From positions 82,150,001 to 82,214,000 of the forward strand of contig OX597831.1 in assembly GCA_951406725.2 (NCBI GenBank): DNA of 64,000 nt, written 5' to 3'. This document shows, one piece after another, positions 12,165 to 27,508 of the stretch. The notes beneath the pieces are model-generated. The model made no database searches. It worked only from the letters and a program-made list of their open reading frames with translations, and was not told the DNA's origin. A program made the translations under genes and the position numbers. Position 1 is the first letter of the stretch, and the number at the start of each line of letters is the position of its first letter. Source of the stretch: Octopus vulgaris. Lineage: Eukaryota.

Positions 12165-12235
<71 letters not shown>

Positions 12236-12338
12236 ATGTATGTATATATGTCTCTGTCTGTCTATCCACACACACACACACACACACACAATTTTAAATA
12301 TGTATGTATGTATATTTATTTAAACTTCTTTCCAACAG

Positions 12339-12425
12339 GTGAAAGACTTTCAGATCGTGAGGTGAATGAAATCTTCCAGTTTACAGAATTACGAGAAAAT
12401 ATTGACGGCAACGTGAAATATGAAG
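12339..12425 (+). CDS. Myosin ELC paralog A, penultimate exon (EF-hand IV)
   Basis: tccaacag|GT acceptor, G|gtaagg donor; 87 nt; GERLSDREVNEIFQFTELRENIDGNVKYE. Confidence 0.95.
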
Positions 12426-12709
12426 GTAAGGAACTTAGTTATCTCCCTTCATGACACACCTGACTGACTGATTGCGATTGATTGCGAAACAGGTGATTGA
12501 TTGTTTCGCAATAGTTTGATTAGGATACGGTTGATTGATCATGATATGATTGATAATGACAACTCATTCATTAATAACACGGATTGCTTATTATATAGGT
12601 AACCTCTTAGCCGGTATGTAATGATAAAACTAGAATATTATGGACATAGCTAGCATGTTAAGAATTACTTTAGCTCATTGTGACATAGCTGAAGGACTAT
12701 AATACCGAT

Positions 12710-12920
12710 TTCAAAGTTTGGGACAAGGCCAACGATTTCGGGGGTCGGGGATCGATCACAGCGATCCCAATGTTCAACTGGTCCTTATTTCATCGACCTG
12801 AAAGGATGAAAATGCAAAGTCGACCGCGGCGGAATTTGGACTTAGAACGTAAAACTGAAGGAACTGCCGCCACTAAGCGTTTTTCGCAGCGCTCGGACGA
12901 TTCTTCAGCTCGCCGACGGA
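12710..12920 (-). mobile_element. SINE family A copy (diverged)
   Basis: catcgacctgaaaggatgaaaatgcaaagtcgaccgcggcggaatttggacttagaacgt. Confidence 0.8.
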
Positions 12921-13187
12921 AGAACTATAATATTGCCAAAGTATTCTGACATTTCTGATTAATTATGAGATTGCAAATTAGATTTCTGGCTTAATTAGAC
13001 AATTTATATTGAATTAGAATTCCATCCGGTTTATAATAACTGTGCAGAGTTCCAGAATTTTCTTCTCAAAACTTTACCTGATCACATAAATGGCACACGA
13101 CCATATTAAGCACATCCTTCGGAGTCTATTTTTTTTATTTTTGAGAAAAAGTGCGTCCTATGCGCATCAAATTTGTAGTTATATATG

Positions 13188-13781
13188 CACACATACACAC
13201 ATACATACATACATACATACATACATACATACATACATACATACATACATACATGCACACATACACACATACATACATACATACATACATACATACATAC
13301 ATACATACATACATACATACATACATACATACATACATACATACATACATACAATACATACATACATACAATACATACAATACATACATACATACATACA
13401 ATACATACATACATACAATACATACATACATACATACAATACATACATACATACATACATACACACATACATACATACATACATACATACATACATACAT
13501 ACATACATACATACATACATACATACATACATACATACATACATACATACATACATACATACATACATGCATGCATACATACATACATACATACATGCAT
13601 GCATACATACATACATACATACATACATACATACATACATACATACATACATACATGCATGCATGCACACACACATACATACAATACATACATACATACA
13701 TACATACATACATACATACATACATACATACATACATACATACATACATACATACATACATACATACATACATACATACAT
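13188..13781. repeat. (ACAT)n microsatellite, ~590 bp
   Basis: Direct reading; source of the HTYI/MYVC ORFs. Confidence 0.98.
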
Positions 13782-15710
13782 GCTTTGGGCAAGTCAGTGA
13801 TCTCTTTCGTTGATATCGTGGCTCACCAACCACTGAAGAGACACCTATGTGTGGGTCGCTCGACATACTAGACGTAGCAAACAAATCTCTCTCAAATACC
13901 ACCACAATGTCCTTAAAATAGGAAAACGCACATTCTATATAATCTGTGAAAGTCCAAGGAATTTATGAAAATCTCTCGGTTTGCCACATTAAGGACGCTA
14001 GCTTTGCTATCACCGCTTAACTGTCAAGTTTTCTTGCAGCTGGCGTCCATGAATATTTTACTCAATCATGTAATACTCTATGCATTCTCTATAACCTTAT
14101 ATATCTTCCCAGTTACTCCAATATTTAGCAATCCTTGTTCAAGTTTCATGATGAGGCCTTATATGATAGAAACACAAACTGTGTTGTCTCCCCTCTCCTC
14201 AAGTTCAGACTCATTCAACAATGGATTCCATATTTGATAGCATTTTAGTGAATTAAAATTTTGTAATTGTCTCCCCTAACTCCACCCCCTCCGACATCTG
14301 CATCTCTTTACAAGAAGAGATTATTTTCATAATGATCGTAGTCATCATTAAAATACTTTTATTGATTACATTTTCTTTCAAATATGATAACATGATGCCG
14401 TATACCACACATGCACACACACACACACACACACATGCACACACGCACACACACACACACACACACACGCACGCATTGTTATATTTTTTCCCATATTTCA
14501 TCCAAAAAGCTCGCCGAGGCACCATCCATATTCTTTTATTCTTTCTTTTATACGTTTTCATACCAAAGGCTGTGCCATGCTGGAGCAGCGCCAGTGCAAT
14601 CGCCTTTCCAATGATTATTCTTAAGCGAATGGATTTTGTAATATATTTAATATTTAATATTTAAATGGACAGGAATTGCCATTTAACCAGGAAGGGGTTC
14701 AATGCTCAGAAAGTGAAGCGAAGTGTTATTGGTAAATCGTGATTGGAACGACTCAGTTGTAAGGAAAATATCGAGAAATTAGGGAAGAAAAATATAAATG
14801 TTGAAAAGCATTCGCTACAAGCCGTGGAGCGTTGCAAATAGACTAATTAAAACTCTAAATTAATGATAAAATAACTTTGTAGATAAACTATGAAATGACT
14901 AAAGAAAAAATATTAAGAAATTTTTCAAAATTCGACAAAAAATGGAAAATAAAATTGGGTTATTGAAATAAGTTAAATGAAATAAGAAAATGGTTAACAG
15001 AGTTATAAAAGAATAACGAGTGAAGAATAATGAATGATGAGACAGATATTTTCGAATACGAAAGAAAAGTTTAAAATATTTCATAGAAAATTCGTCAAAA
15101 GGCAGCGAGTACTTTATAAAAGGACCATGTTTTAAATATAATTATTATTGGTGGAAAATGATAAATTTCAATAAGCGTAAAGAAGATAAATTGAATAGGC
15201 GCAATTGGTATGTAAGAGAGCGAACAGAATAGGTAAAATGAGGTTGGTACCTACTAAAAAGCAAATAGTCTGAAATTAGTTTTAAAAAGTGAAGAAAATA
15301 GTAAAATAATTAGCAGAATTCAATCATGTTCTTAATGAGAAACAAAAGTTAGATGCATGTTTAGAGGTCAAGGAATGAGTGCTGTAGTAAATTAGTAGGT
15401 ATAAAAGAAAGAAAGAAAAAAAGAGGTCAAATGATTTAGTGAGAAACCAATAAGAAGAAAAGAACTCAATAGATAAAGTAAGATTAACAGTAAATATTTT
15501 AGAGATAAAAGTATGTTCTTATTTGGTGGGCTTCGTAGAAATGGGATTATGATTACAAAAGATTCATTAATTTATTTACTTAATTGCGTTTATTCGTGTA
15601 AATTTGACAAATAAAATAACTGAACTTTCCATGATACATAAATTGCAGGGTTTCTTAACCTTTGCAGGCTTCGAAGCTTAGAAGGCTCAGCAGCATTTCA
15701 CTAGAACTTA

Positions 15711-15870
15711 CGTTTGGAGTTCGCATTACACCGAAATCGACTTTGGCTTTCATCTTTTCAGGGGTCGATGATATATGTACCAGTAGAGCACTGGAGTCGA
15801 TCTAGTCGACTAGCTCCCCACTCCACATCAGACAAAATTTTCACGTCTTATGCCTATAGTAGAAAGGGTA
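15711..15870 (+). mobile_element. SINE family A fragment
   Basis: gaaatcgactttggctttcatcttttcaggggtcgatgatatatgtaccagtagagcactggagtcgatc. Confidence 0.75.
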
Positions 15871-16004
15871 TCTATATATTTATACATGAAGGTATATATC
15901 CATACATACACCATATACAGATTTCTGCAATCAAATCTACACTGGTGTGCATTTCCCTCTTTCGCAACCGTACATAAATGCGTGTATGTACATAAGAGAA
16001 AGCG

Positions 16005-17365
<1,361 letters not shown>

Positions 17366-17469
17366 AGTGTACTGAGGGAGTTAGGAAGAGTGAAAGGAAC
17401 GAAATAAACAGAGAAAGTAAAGAAGAAAGACAAAAGAGAAGGATGTAAAGAAGATGGTGGCAGGGGGGG

Positions 17470-18542
17470 GGGGGGCTTCGGTGAATTTCAACCTGTTTAA
17501 CTTATTTTTGGCCAATGTTCAAAGGAACATAAATATTCCCAGTTTGGTCGTTTAATGTAAACAAGAGAGAATTCTGCTGGGCAGATCAATACGGTAATAT
17601 ATATTGTGGTGAAAAGACTAGAAATGTTAAGCAAGATTCAAAGAGATTAACTGTCAATGTGGAACTGTGTAGCTGTCGTTGTTGGATATGTACACAATAA
17701 ACTAAACAAACTGTTTTTGTAAGCCATGATGAAGGAATTACTGTTTCACAACGAGGCTCAGTAAGCGTTCCGCCATTTTAACATCATCCATTTTAGATGA
17801 ACATGGCGAATTTGTTTCACTAAACTGTTGCATCGTTTTCCAGTCACACACGGCAGATCAAGCGTAGAGCTATTCGCTGATTATTGATCTGATTTGTTGA
17901 TTTGCAAGCAACAAAAGATTTTCTTCAGCATTATAGGATTTTTCTGTTAAACTTTGGTTGTGTGTTTTGCGTGCGTTTAAACTGTAGACACAAGAAATAC
18001 AGAAGAAGCTGATGCAGTTAACATGTCAGAAGCAATTTAGAGATCAATACCTCCTCTTTCCTGCCAACATCAATGATGATTTGTCTAGGATTAGATACAT
18101 AACTTGCATATAAAGATGAGAAACAATAACGTACAATATTGTGATGTTCATGCCTTTTCCTAAGGCATTGTTATTTTTGTGAGGAGAAATTACTGGAATC
18201 ATCAAACACCAGAAAATACGTTTCAGTTGATTGGGCAGAAAAGAACGATGAGTTCTGCTGGAATAGTCGACGTTTTTCATTCGTAAATTATGTATAAATT
18301 ATTTCCCTTGTGTATATTCTATAAATTGGACGTGGGCGGGCGTTGTATTCTTTCTTGGCACACATGTGGAGACGGGTGCATAGATTGGAATGCAGTTTCT
18401 ATTTTTTTCCTAATCCCCATACTTACCGAGAAAATTGATCTGAAGCTGCTTTCTGACCGGGGTGGGGGTGGGGGAAATTTTCATACACCTGGAGGCTCCA
18501 ATCGAAACAGGGGACCCGAAATCATAAGGTTGAGAAACACTG
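17470..18542 (-). mobile_element. Possible highly decayed hAT DNA transposon remnant
   Basis: Ends in aaggttgagaaacactg (reverse complement cagtgtttctcaacctt, a hAT/Charlie-type terminus); internal coding similarity weak; no partner end with TSD. Confidence 0.35.
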
Positions 18543-18619
18543 TTATAGATTATGCCTAACCGAAAATGATCGCACCCACATCATCCAAACAGACTGGGTG
18601 AAACCGGGCTTAGCTGCTA

Positions 18620-18659
<40 letters not shown>

Positions 18660-18670
18660 GTGTATGTTTG

Positions 18671-18707
<37 letters not shown>

Positions 18708-18924
18708 AAGTTTGAGTATGTCTGCCCGCTAGCCCAGCCCTCCATCTCTGCCCTTCACCTGCAGCATGAAAGAAGACGCTCTCCGCACAAACCTGCCACG
18801 ACTTGCAAATGCACATCCCTGTATACACGCACGTCCATTTTACTGTATACACCCATACATATCATTACGTACACATTACTGCCTACACACAGGTATATGA
18901 GTGCATAGTATATATATACACACT

Positions 18925-19140
18925 GAAGGAGGGAGCTGGCGGAATCGTTAACACGCCAGGCAAAGTGCTTGGCAGCATTTCGTCTGTCATTACGTTCTGA
19001 GTTCAAATTCCGCTGAGGTCGACTTTGCCTTTCATCCTCCTGGGGTCGATAAAATAAGTACCAGTTGAACACTGGGGTCGATGTAACTGACTTACCCTCT
19101 TCCCCGAAATTGCAGGCCTTGTGCCGACATTCAAAACCAA
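18925..19140 (+). mobile_element. SINE family A copy
   Basis: aaggagggagctggcggaatcgttaacacgcc...gttcaaattccgctgaggtcgactttgcctttcatcctcctggggtcgataaaataagtaccag. Confidence 0.9.
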
Positions 19141-19350
19141 TATATACACACACGCACTGTTACGTCTGACTCTCAAACTGTATTTTTTAAAACAAGAAAT
19201 GTACTTTTTTATCCCCTGCATGTTTTGCTAAAATGACACAAGTAACTGCAGTAGGTATACATATTGCACAATGTGCTTTATAATATATCAGACTGTGCGT
19301 TTATTATTGAAGAGACGTTTGTTAGAATCTACCCAATGTTCTCCTTTCAG

Positions 19351-19388
19351 ATTTTGTCAACGGAGTCCTGTCTGGAGGAAAGTCCTAG
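19351..19388 (+). CDS. Myosin ELC paralog A, last coding exon
   Basis: gttctcctttcag|AT TTT GTC AAC GGA GTC CTG TCT GGA GGA AAG TCC TAG = (D)FVNGVLSGGKS*, aligns to EFIKRVMSG of paralog B in the right phase; AATAAA motifs downstream (~19912, ~20006). Confidence 0.85.
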
Positions 19389-20487
19389 ACTCACAGACCC
19401 TCACAACCATCACTTACCATTTCCCTTTTTGGCGTGTTTTATTTAATTTATTTTTCGCAAAAATACCAACACAAAATTTCAGCTTCCTTGATTTACACAC
19501 AGAGAATCAAAACAGAATATATAAAAAGACAATAACAAAAAAAAAAAGAAAAAAAAAAAACACAACGAAAATACAACACAAAGAAAACTCGGGAAGCTAA
19601 TATATTTTGTTGAAATTGAAATGCATTTAATTATCTTAATTAATGTTTTGTTAATTAGTTAATGAATCTTTGGAATCTTCAACGTATTTGTTAAAATGGA
19701 CAGGAAATATACTTAAAGGAAAAACGTTGATCCCTCACAGATTCCTGAATATGAGGAGTCACGAAAATATGGAATTATTTTAAATATTGTAAACCTATTT
19801 AAGATTTCAAATACTACACTTTTAATAAGTTTTGATATCTATTTTTATATAAAGTATAAGTTAGATTTTTATATAAAACGTTACTAATCCTGTAAATGAA
19901 CATTCGAAAAGAATAAAAGGAAAAACTTTTGAGCGCTAAAATCAAACCTACCGATACGCATGAACGCACACACACGCATGCATACACCTAAACTTGCAAC
20001 ACAACAATAAAAATCAATGCATTTCTGAAGAACTTAAAGACTATGTATGAAGATGCTGGTAACAAATGGTTATTTTGAGCCGAACGGAAGCGACTAAGAA
20101 CGGAAAAGAACGGAAACATTACAAGAATGTATAATGTGGAGTAAAAACCTATTTTAAAGGTGAAATAAATTATTTGAAGCTCATCTCAAGTTTCATATTG
20201 CTCTTTATTATTTTAGGGAACTTTCATATCTCACCAGTCTTTCTCCATCACTCTGTCTCTTTCTCACTTATTTTCAGCCTCTCCCTCTTATCCATTCCTA
20301 TATTTGTCTTCTCTCCTCTCTCTCCCTCCTTCAATGTTTCTAATTACAAACGTAGAATGAATTTTGTAACATAAAAAAAAACGAGAGTAAATGCCGAAAA
20401 TAAAATACAAGCCCCCCCCCACACATATATATATCCCAAAATATAATGAGCGGAACAGGTAAAATATTGCAAATATTCTACGTGTTC

Positions 20488-20636
20488 TACGTTTCTAAGT
20501 TCAAATTCTGCCGAGGTCGACTTTGCCTTTCATCCTTATGGGGTCGATAAATTAAGTACCAGCTGCGTACTGGGGTCGATCTAATCGACTGGCTCCCTCC
20601 CCCAAAATTTTGGGCCTTGTGCTTAGAGTAAAAAAG
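20488..20636 (+). mobile_element. 5'-truncated SINE family A with 16-bp TSD
   Basis: aatattctacgtgttc at 20472-20487 and 20637-20652 flanks gttcaaattctgccgaggtcgactttgcc... Confidence 0.9.
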
Positions 20637-21784
20637 AATATTCTACGTGTTCCACTCTTTATATTCTGGGATATTTATTTGCATTCTTAGCCGCGTTACT
20701 TGCGAAACCATGAATTGTGTGGAAACAGCCAGCGAATCGAAATTGTCGATTTGGGAAGAAAGGTGTCACTTACGATGTTAATAAACAAATAAATACATAC
20801 ATACATACATATACGCACGCACGCACACATGCATACACACACACACATACACACACGCACGCACACACACACACACACACACAATAATTTGACTCAGCTC
20901 CTCGATGTCTTACGGTGTCGTCGGCGCGTAGGACCGATGCGTCTCAATCGGGAAAAGTGTAATGGATTTTAGATCAATTCAAGATGGCTTCTTGATATTA
21001 AAGTCCTCTACTGGATAACTCACGTCACATGGTGTTAATGGTATAGAAGCGACACCAGTTCTTTTCTTTATTTGGCGACTGCGATTGCAACGCTGCAGTC
21101 ATTGACTGGTTCTGCGGCATCGAGAAGAAATAAGCTTGCAAGTTCAACCAATTCTAGCCTTCAGTATCGAAATCCCTCCTCCTGAAGACCTTAGACTTTA
21201 GTAGGTGATTTACCAATATCAGCGACCTCGATATCAGAATTAGCATGAACTCTAGAAAGTGAATCTTGGTTCCTGATGATTTTATTGGGTACAAAAGGAA
21301 GGCGATCCGATGCCCGGCGTATCTATGAGAAGTTACAACGAGGCAGAGATCGTTGACCTCATCTGATAATTTATCCTAGATACACTTAGGCAGTATACAT
21401 ATACACTCCATAACTAGGCCCTACAGAGGGATGATGGTCTAGCAGTCTCAAGCCATATGAACGACCACGCCATGTAATATGTTCAGAAAAGATCAGTTAA
21501 AAGTTCTTCAAAGATCTTCAAAGAAGTGTTACCACGAGTTTGAACAAAGGTCGACTTCCTGGATGCTCAACGAGGGACCTGTTTGCATCAACAGAAATTT
21601 CCTGTGCATTCCCACCCCATCCCTTGCTGCAGTTATAAAGCTTGTGGCAGACATAAGTAGAAGAATCTCCCCGGCGAAAAATTATTTTAGAGATAATGGG
21701 AAGAGATAATCGTTTGTCGAAGCCATTTTTTGATACGGTTTCGATTCTGAGTAGGATTATTTGAATTTTTAATATATATGTATA

Positions 21785-21826
<42 letters not shown>

Positions 21827-21868
21827 TTTTCATTTTCATTTTCATCTAGTTTGGCCATGCTGGGGCAC

Positions 21869-21928
<60 letters not shown>

Positions 21929-21929
21929 C

Positions 21930-22102
21930 CGCGCTAGCTAAGCGAGCAGGCCAACAGAAGAGTCAGAGAAAGAGTGGTGAAAGAGTACAGCAGGGATCAC
22001 CACCCCCTGCCGGAGCCTCGTTTTCGCTCAATAAACACACACAACGCCAGGTCTGGGAATCGAAACCGCGAGTCCGCTGCCCTAACCACTGGGCCATTGC
22101 GC

Positions 22103-22104
<2 letters not shown>
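21930..22104 (-). mobile_element. tRNA-derived SINE family C
   Basis: Reverse complement ggcgcaatggcccagtggttagggcagcggactcgcggtttcgattcccagacc...; second copy at ~55450-55633. Confidence 0.85.
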
Positions 22105-22195
<91 letters not shown>

Positions 22196-22777
22196 ATGTG
22201 TGCTCTCTTCTCCATACACTTCTTAAACGACGAAAGTTTTGTCAAAACTGCTAAAAATCAATATTTGTTGAAGTTTCGAGAAGCGAGAGTCAAGATAATA
22301 AATAGACTCGAGAGGGAGAGAGTCTAGATAATAAAACACTGCATTGGGTGCATCAATAAACCTAGATTAGTTCTTTAATATTTGGAGTTCAAATCTCAGC
22401 CAGAACAGCTTTGTCTGCCTTTCATCTCATCTGGTTCAATGAAATTAAGAAGCAATCAATACGGCTAGATCGATTGCATTGACTGTGAATAGATATCTAC
22501 TCATGTAAGAAATTTGGCTTTGTGTGTGCTCGAAAGATATCGATACGCACATACACACACAGTCGCGCGCATACGCGTACACTTGTATGTGTGTGTGAGT
22601 GTGTGTGTGTGTGTGTGTGCGTGCGGTCTATGATGTTTTCTTGTACAGTAAAGATGAAACATACCAAACACAACACTGAAACTATTCATTACCCTTAAAC
22701 AATATTTCAGTAGTACGATATACTACTAAAGTACATAATTATGTGTAAAATACACACATGCATATATATATATATAG

Positions 22778-22842
<65 letters not shown>

Positions 22843-23744
22843 TAGATATATATACACATATATACACATATATAAGTGTGTGTGTATATATGTTTATATA
22901 TATATATATATATAAATAAATACATACATACAAATATATATATACATTTTTATTTATATATGTATATATATTTGTTTGTATGCATGTTTGTATGTGTGTG
23001 CGTGTGCGTGCATACCCCCCCACACACACACATACACAGAGTGAGAGTGGATATCGAGACGGATAGACTCAAGAAGAAAAACGAACCAAATACCAAGAAA
23101 TTAATTAGTGAATGAACTAATGGCAAAATGCACAATAACTAATTACCTAGTATATATATGACAATATATATGTATAATATATAAATGTATATATAAATAT
23201 GTGTATATATAATATAGACGTACAACTCAATAAATGGTTATTATGTGAAAGGAAGAAAAATGAAAGAAATCAATTTTCTTTAGAAATAATTCGAATTATC
23301 TGGAATGAACTGGCGATTTCTTTAAACTATATTTCCTTTATGAATATATCGTAATTATTAAATATATTCGATTTTTAATCAAAAGATTTATACAAAATAT
23401 TAGTATCCAGTAATTACAGTCTCTTGGACTGGGCTTTCTCTTGTTACAATGTCGTCACTTAAGAAATACAGTAATTTACCAAAATATCTAAGGAACTGGT
23501 TTAGTTCTGGTTTTAGTTTTTAATTTAGGCATACAAGTAATGGTAGAAGCCATGGAATTTTTATGACACCGCGGGATTGATGGGTGAAACGGACTGGAAG
23601 TTATTTACAGACTAATGACTGGGTCCCACGGTGAACAAAAAATTTAAGAGGCAAGAAACTGCTTCAGTCAAACACAGCGATCCAGATTCGATCTCGACTG
23701 TGTGAGTATATATATATAACTGTAACAACACTTGTGACCTGACA

Positions 23745-25400
23745 GGATGTATGGTGGGTAGCATGGATGTGGTATCCCATCGATCGACGTAGATTTTGCG
23801 GTGGAGAAGTGCGTGGAAATGATCAACGAGAGCAAGGTGGAGTTCCGTAATGTCAACACAGAGGAACTGGGCCTCCTACTTAGACTGACTTATGACAACG
23901 AATACCTAGATAAACATAATCTTAGTAGTTTCTGCCCCAGTAGACGTTTAAGAGGTAGACCACCCACAATTACTTCTATGGCTAGGAAAACCCATATAGA
24001 AAGATGGCGCGGATGAACCAGAGCCATACGGAGCCCCGCAAATGTCCATCAGGTAAAGAAAATGATCGCACATGCACTAGGAGCTAGTATAAGAGTTACC
24101 CTAAAAGGCCATACGTTTAAGTTTAACAATAAAATATATGCCCAGGACGAGGGGGCAGCCATCGGCGTTAGCATCGCTGGTGATGTAGCCAACCTTTTCA
24201 TGGTATGGTGGGACAGAAGGCTTAAGGAACGCCTGACACAGAACTCCATACTCATAAACATGTACTCTCGCTATGTTGATGATATCAACATAGTGGTAAA
24301 GGCACCCCAACAAGAGAGTACTGTTGATATAGTAATAGAAACTAATACTATGGAGAGCATCTAGCAAATAGCTAACTCCATCCACCAGAGTATTAAGGTC
24401 ACAATAGACTAACCCACTAAACACCCCAACCATAGACTACCAGTACTAGACACTGAACTCTGGCTAGAAATTGTGAATAATAAAACCCAAATCCTTCATT
24501 CGTACTATGCCAAACCTATGGCCTCAAAATACTTGATCCACCGCAACTCAGCCATTGCGGACAATGCCAAATTCAATATTTTGATGGCAGACCTCGTCAG
24601 AATAATGAGAAATGTGTCACGCATGTGCGAGCCTACAGAGTTAAAGAGACACATACAATATTTCATTCACCGCATGCAGTTCTCAGGTTACAGCCATAAA
24701 GAAAGGATCAGAGTATACAAAGGAGCCATGAAGAAATTTGATAATATATTATGTAATGATAGGAATGGGATTTGACCACTCTATAGGAACAAGCCATGGA
24801 ACACTATAGAAAGGACAAAAAAGAAAATAGGGAAGGTCAACTCTTGGTATGATAGCCATAAATACCAGAGTGTCATGTTCGTTGACATCACCCCTATAGG
24901 TGAACTGGCGTACCGCTTTTGAAGGACCCTAGACAAACTTAAGCTAAGGATTAAGGTTGTTGAAAAGCCAGGCAACCCTATCAAATCTATAATTAGTAGA
25001 ACCTATCCTTTTAGTAGAACCCCCTGTACGGATAAGTACTGTACTGTATGTAGATTTAGCCCACAAACAAACTGTAAAGCCAGAAATAGTCTATAGTATA
25101 AGATGTATAGAGGAACGATGCAGTAACAAGACAACAACATACGTAGGGGAAACGGCAAGAAGCATAGCAGAGCGGGTAAATGACATATGAAAGAACTCAA
25201 GGAAGGTAAAAACTCATCGATTCTGTAACAACACGCCGAACAGGAACACGGGGGATCAATCAACAACATAGAAATTAAAATATTGTCCAGACATAGAACA
25301 GATGTAACAATCAGACAAATTACAGAAGCTACACACATAATAGAAAATAAACCTAGCCTGAATAGGAAACTGGAATGGAACACTAGCACACACCACAACA
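23745..25400 (+). mobile_element. Decayed Penelope-like element ORF (RT + GIY-YIG endonuclease)
   Basis: FKFNNKIYAQDEGAAIGVSIAGDVANLFM, YSRYVDDI, LPVLDTELW, YYAKPMAS, and TYVGETARSIAERV; multiple in-frame stops. Confidence 0.92.
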
Positions 25401-25830
25401 TATGACGGTAGAGGATCCCAATAAACTGGTTACAATATAAACAAAACCGAAAACATAATAATTAAAATACACAGATAAATAAACAAATAGAAATAAATAA
25501 TTATATAAGTCTTTTTTTTTAATTTAAAAGATTTTTTTGATTTATTATTATTACTAGTATTGTTATTATACATACATACAAGCATATGTAATGATAATAA
25601 TAAGTGGATGTAAACACATGAACAAAATAATAAACAACAAAAACAAAAACAAATTACATGAACGTATATAAACAGAAGATACAAATATTACAGGCATCCC
25701 CCCACACACACACTAAATAAACATAGACGCACATAGAGATATAAGCATGCGCAAAAGAAGACATACAATAGAAATACAAAATGGCTGACGGTTAGTAAGG
25801 AGAGGCACAAATAAGAAAGAAGAAAACAAA

Positions 25831-25875
25831 GGACCACTGATGCGGTCACAGGAGTGTGACGAAAGAACTCTGGCC
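25831..25875 (+). ncRNA. Degenerate hammerhead motif in the 3' pseudo-LTR of the Penelope element
   Basis: GGACCA-CUGAUGC-G-GUCACA(GGAG)UGUGAC-GAAA-GAAC-UC-UGGCC; A9 reads C. Confidence 0.7.
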
Positions 25876-26689
25876 AAAATAAGATTAAGATTAATGTAAA
25901 AAATAAATAAAACTGAAGCAAAGTAACACCAAATATATAGTGCGTGTGTTTTTATTGGCTAAACTGGCAAAATGACCATTCCGAAATATAACAATATATA
26001 TATATCAAATGGATGTCTTATAAAACTATTCCACACATACAATAATAGCCATACCAACCATCCAACCCACCTCCAACATCAGCTGCCCCACGGATATCAC
26101 TATGGTTTCGATACCTGGGCAGTACCATTTAATCCGGCAGTGACAACAGCACTAAAATAAGAGTTGTTTGGGGACAAACATACCTTAGATATCACCACAT
26201 TCATTCAATCTTAATTCTAGGAAGGATATACATAATAATTTCATTGAGGTATTTAAGCCTGGTATTTACTATGTTAAGCTCACCCACGGATATTGGCTAT
26301 CAGACATAGCTAGGAGACAAAGCAATCAGACAAAGCTATAAACTTGGATTAGTTTGTTCTGCCAAACAAATGTGTGAAAAACCCATAGGTATCCTTAGGA
26401 ATTTTATAAGAAGTATGGTGCGAGACAGTTATTTTAATACTTGAATTTAATAATTGTTTCGTCTGAATTCAATGCAGTCAAATGTTGCAAGGTTGACTGC
26501 ATGCAATTAAGATGAAACGATTGTAAATTCAAGTAGTAAAATGACTTACTCCTTCCCTCCCTCCATTTTTTTCATGTCATTATACATTCATACATACATG
26601 GATGCATACATACATATATTCATACATAGAGACGTACATACATACATACATACATACATTCATACATACATGCATACGTATATACATAC

Positions 26690-26720
<31 letters not shown>

Positions 26721-26724
26721 TATG

Positions 26725-26835
<111 letters not shown>

Positions 26836-27331
26836 AATGTTTTCTGAACTGGATGTGGAATATAAACCTAGATAGACTATCGTTTTTCCTTGTGTAAACA
26901 GACTCTCACCTCTCTCCCCACCGCCTCTCCCACTATGATTAAAGCCGTTCCAGCTATGACCATTCAATATGGAATTTGTTGAATACATTAATGTAATCTC
27001 CCAAAGGAACTAAACGGGGGCAATGCTAGAAATATCAACCAATTCATCTGAAAAGCGCTCTCTACTACCTTTAAGAAAAAAATGAAAGGATTCATAGCAT
27101 AATATAGTCCTTGATAATGTATCTGAGTAAAAGAAAAAATGGTCATGGCTGGAACGCCTTTGGCATTAATCGTCTGTTTGATTGGGTTGTACTTGGGTTA
27201 ACAATAACAACAACTATTACTACAGCAGCAAACAATCTCCCATTCGGTGAAGCGAGTCGTTTCACACTCAACTCTCTGCCACCCACTCTCACCCTCAACA
27301 TCAGTAGTGGCAAGAACGACAGCAGCAGCAG

Positions 27332-27362
<31 letters not shown>

Positions 27363-27470
27363 AGCAACAACAACAACAGCAGCAAAAATCAACAGCAACA
27401 ACATAACAACAGCAACAACAGCAACATCAACCGAATGAGGAGCAGCGGCAATAACCACAACAGCTTAAAG

Positions 27471-27508
27471 ATGGCGCCCTTTTTTTCCCCTACATCTCGG
27501 GCAAAAAG
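27471..27508 (+). CDS. Candidate exon of an unknown small gene
   Basis: aagATGGCG start context (also a YY1-like motif), MAPFFSPTSRAK, perfect AAG|GTAAGT donor; frame also open upstream through a CAA repeat. Confidence 0.3.

Noticed and set aside
13090-13905. Long ORFs of 200-256 aa in all six frames (HTYI/MYVC repeats) and similar poly-YI, poly-VC, poly-N and poly-L ORFs throughout
   Set aside because: Translations of microsatellites that lack stop codons; no coding signal
20890-21720. GC-richer block that may be a DIRS or LTR retroelement remnant
   Set aside because: No diagnostic motif readable with confidence; needs a translated search against a repeat library
22040-22104. tRNA-like sequences here and at the other SINE heads
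   Set aside because: They run straight into SINE bodies and lack a complete cloverleaf; not tRNA genes
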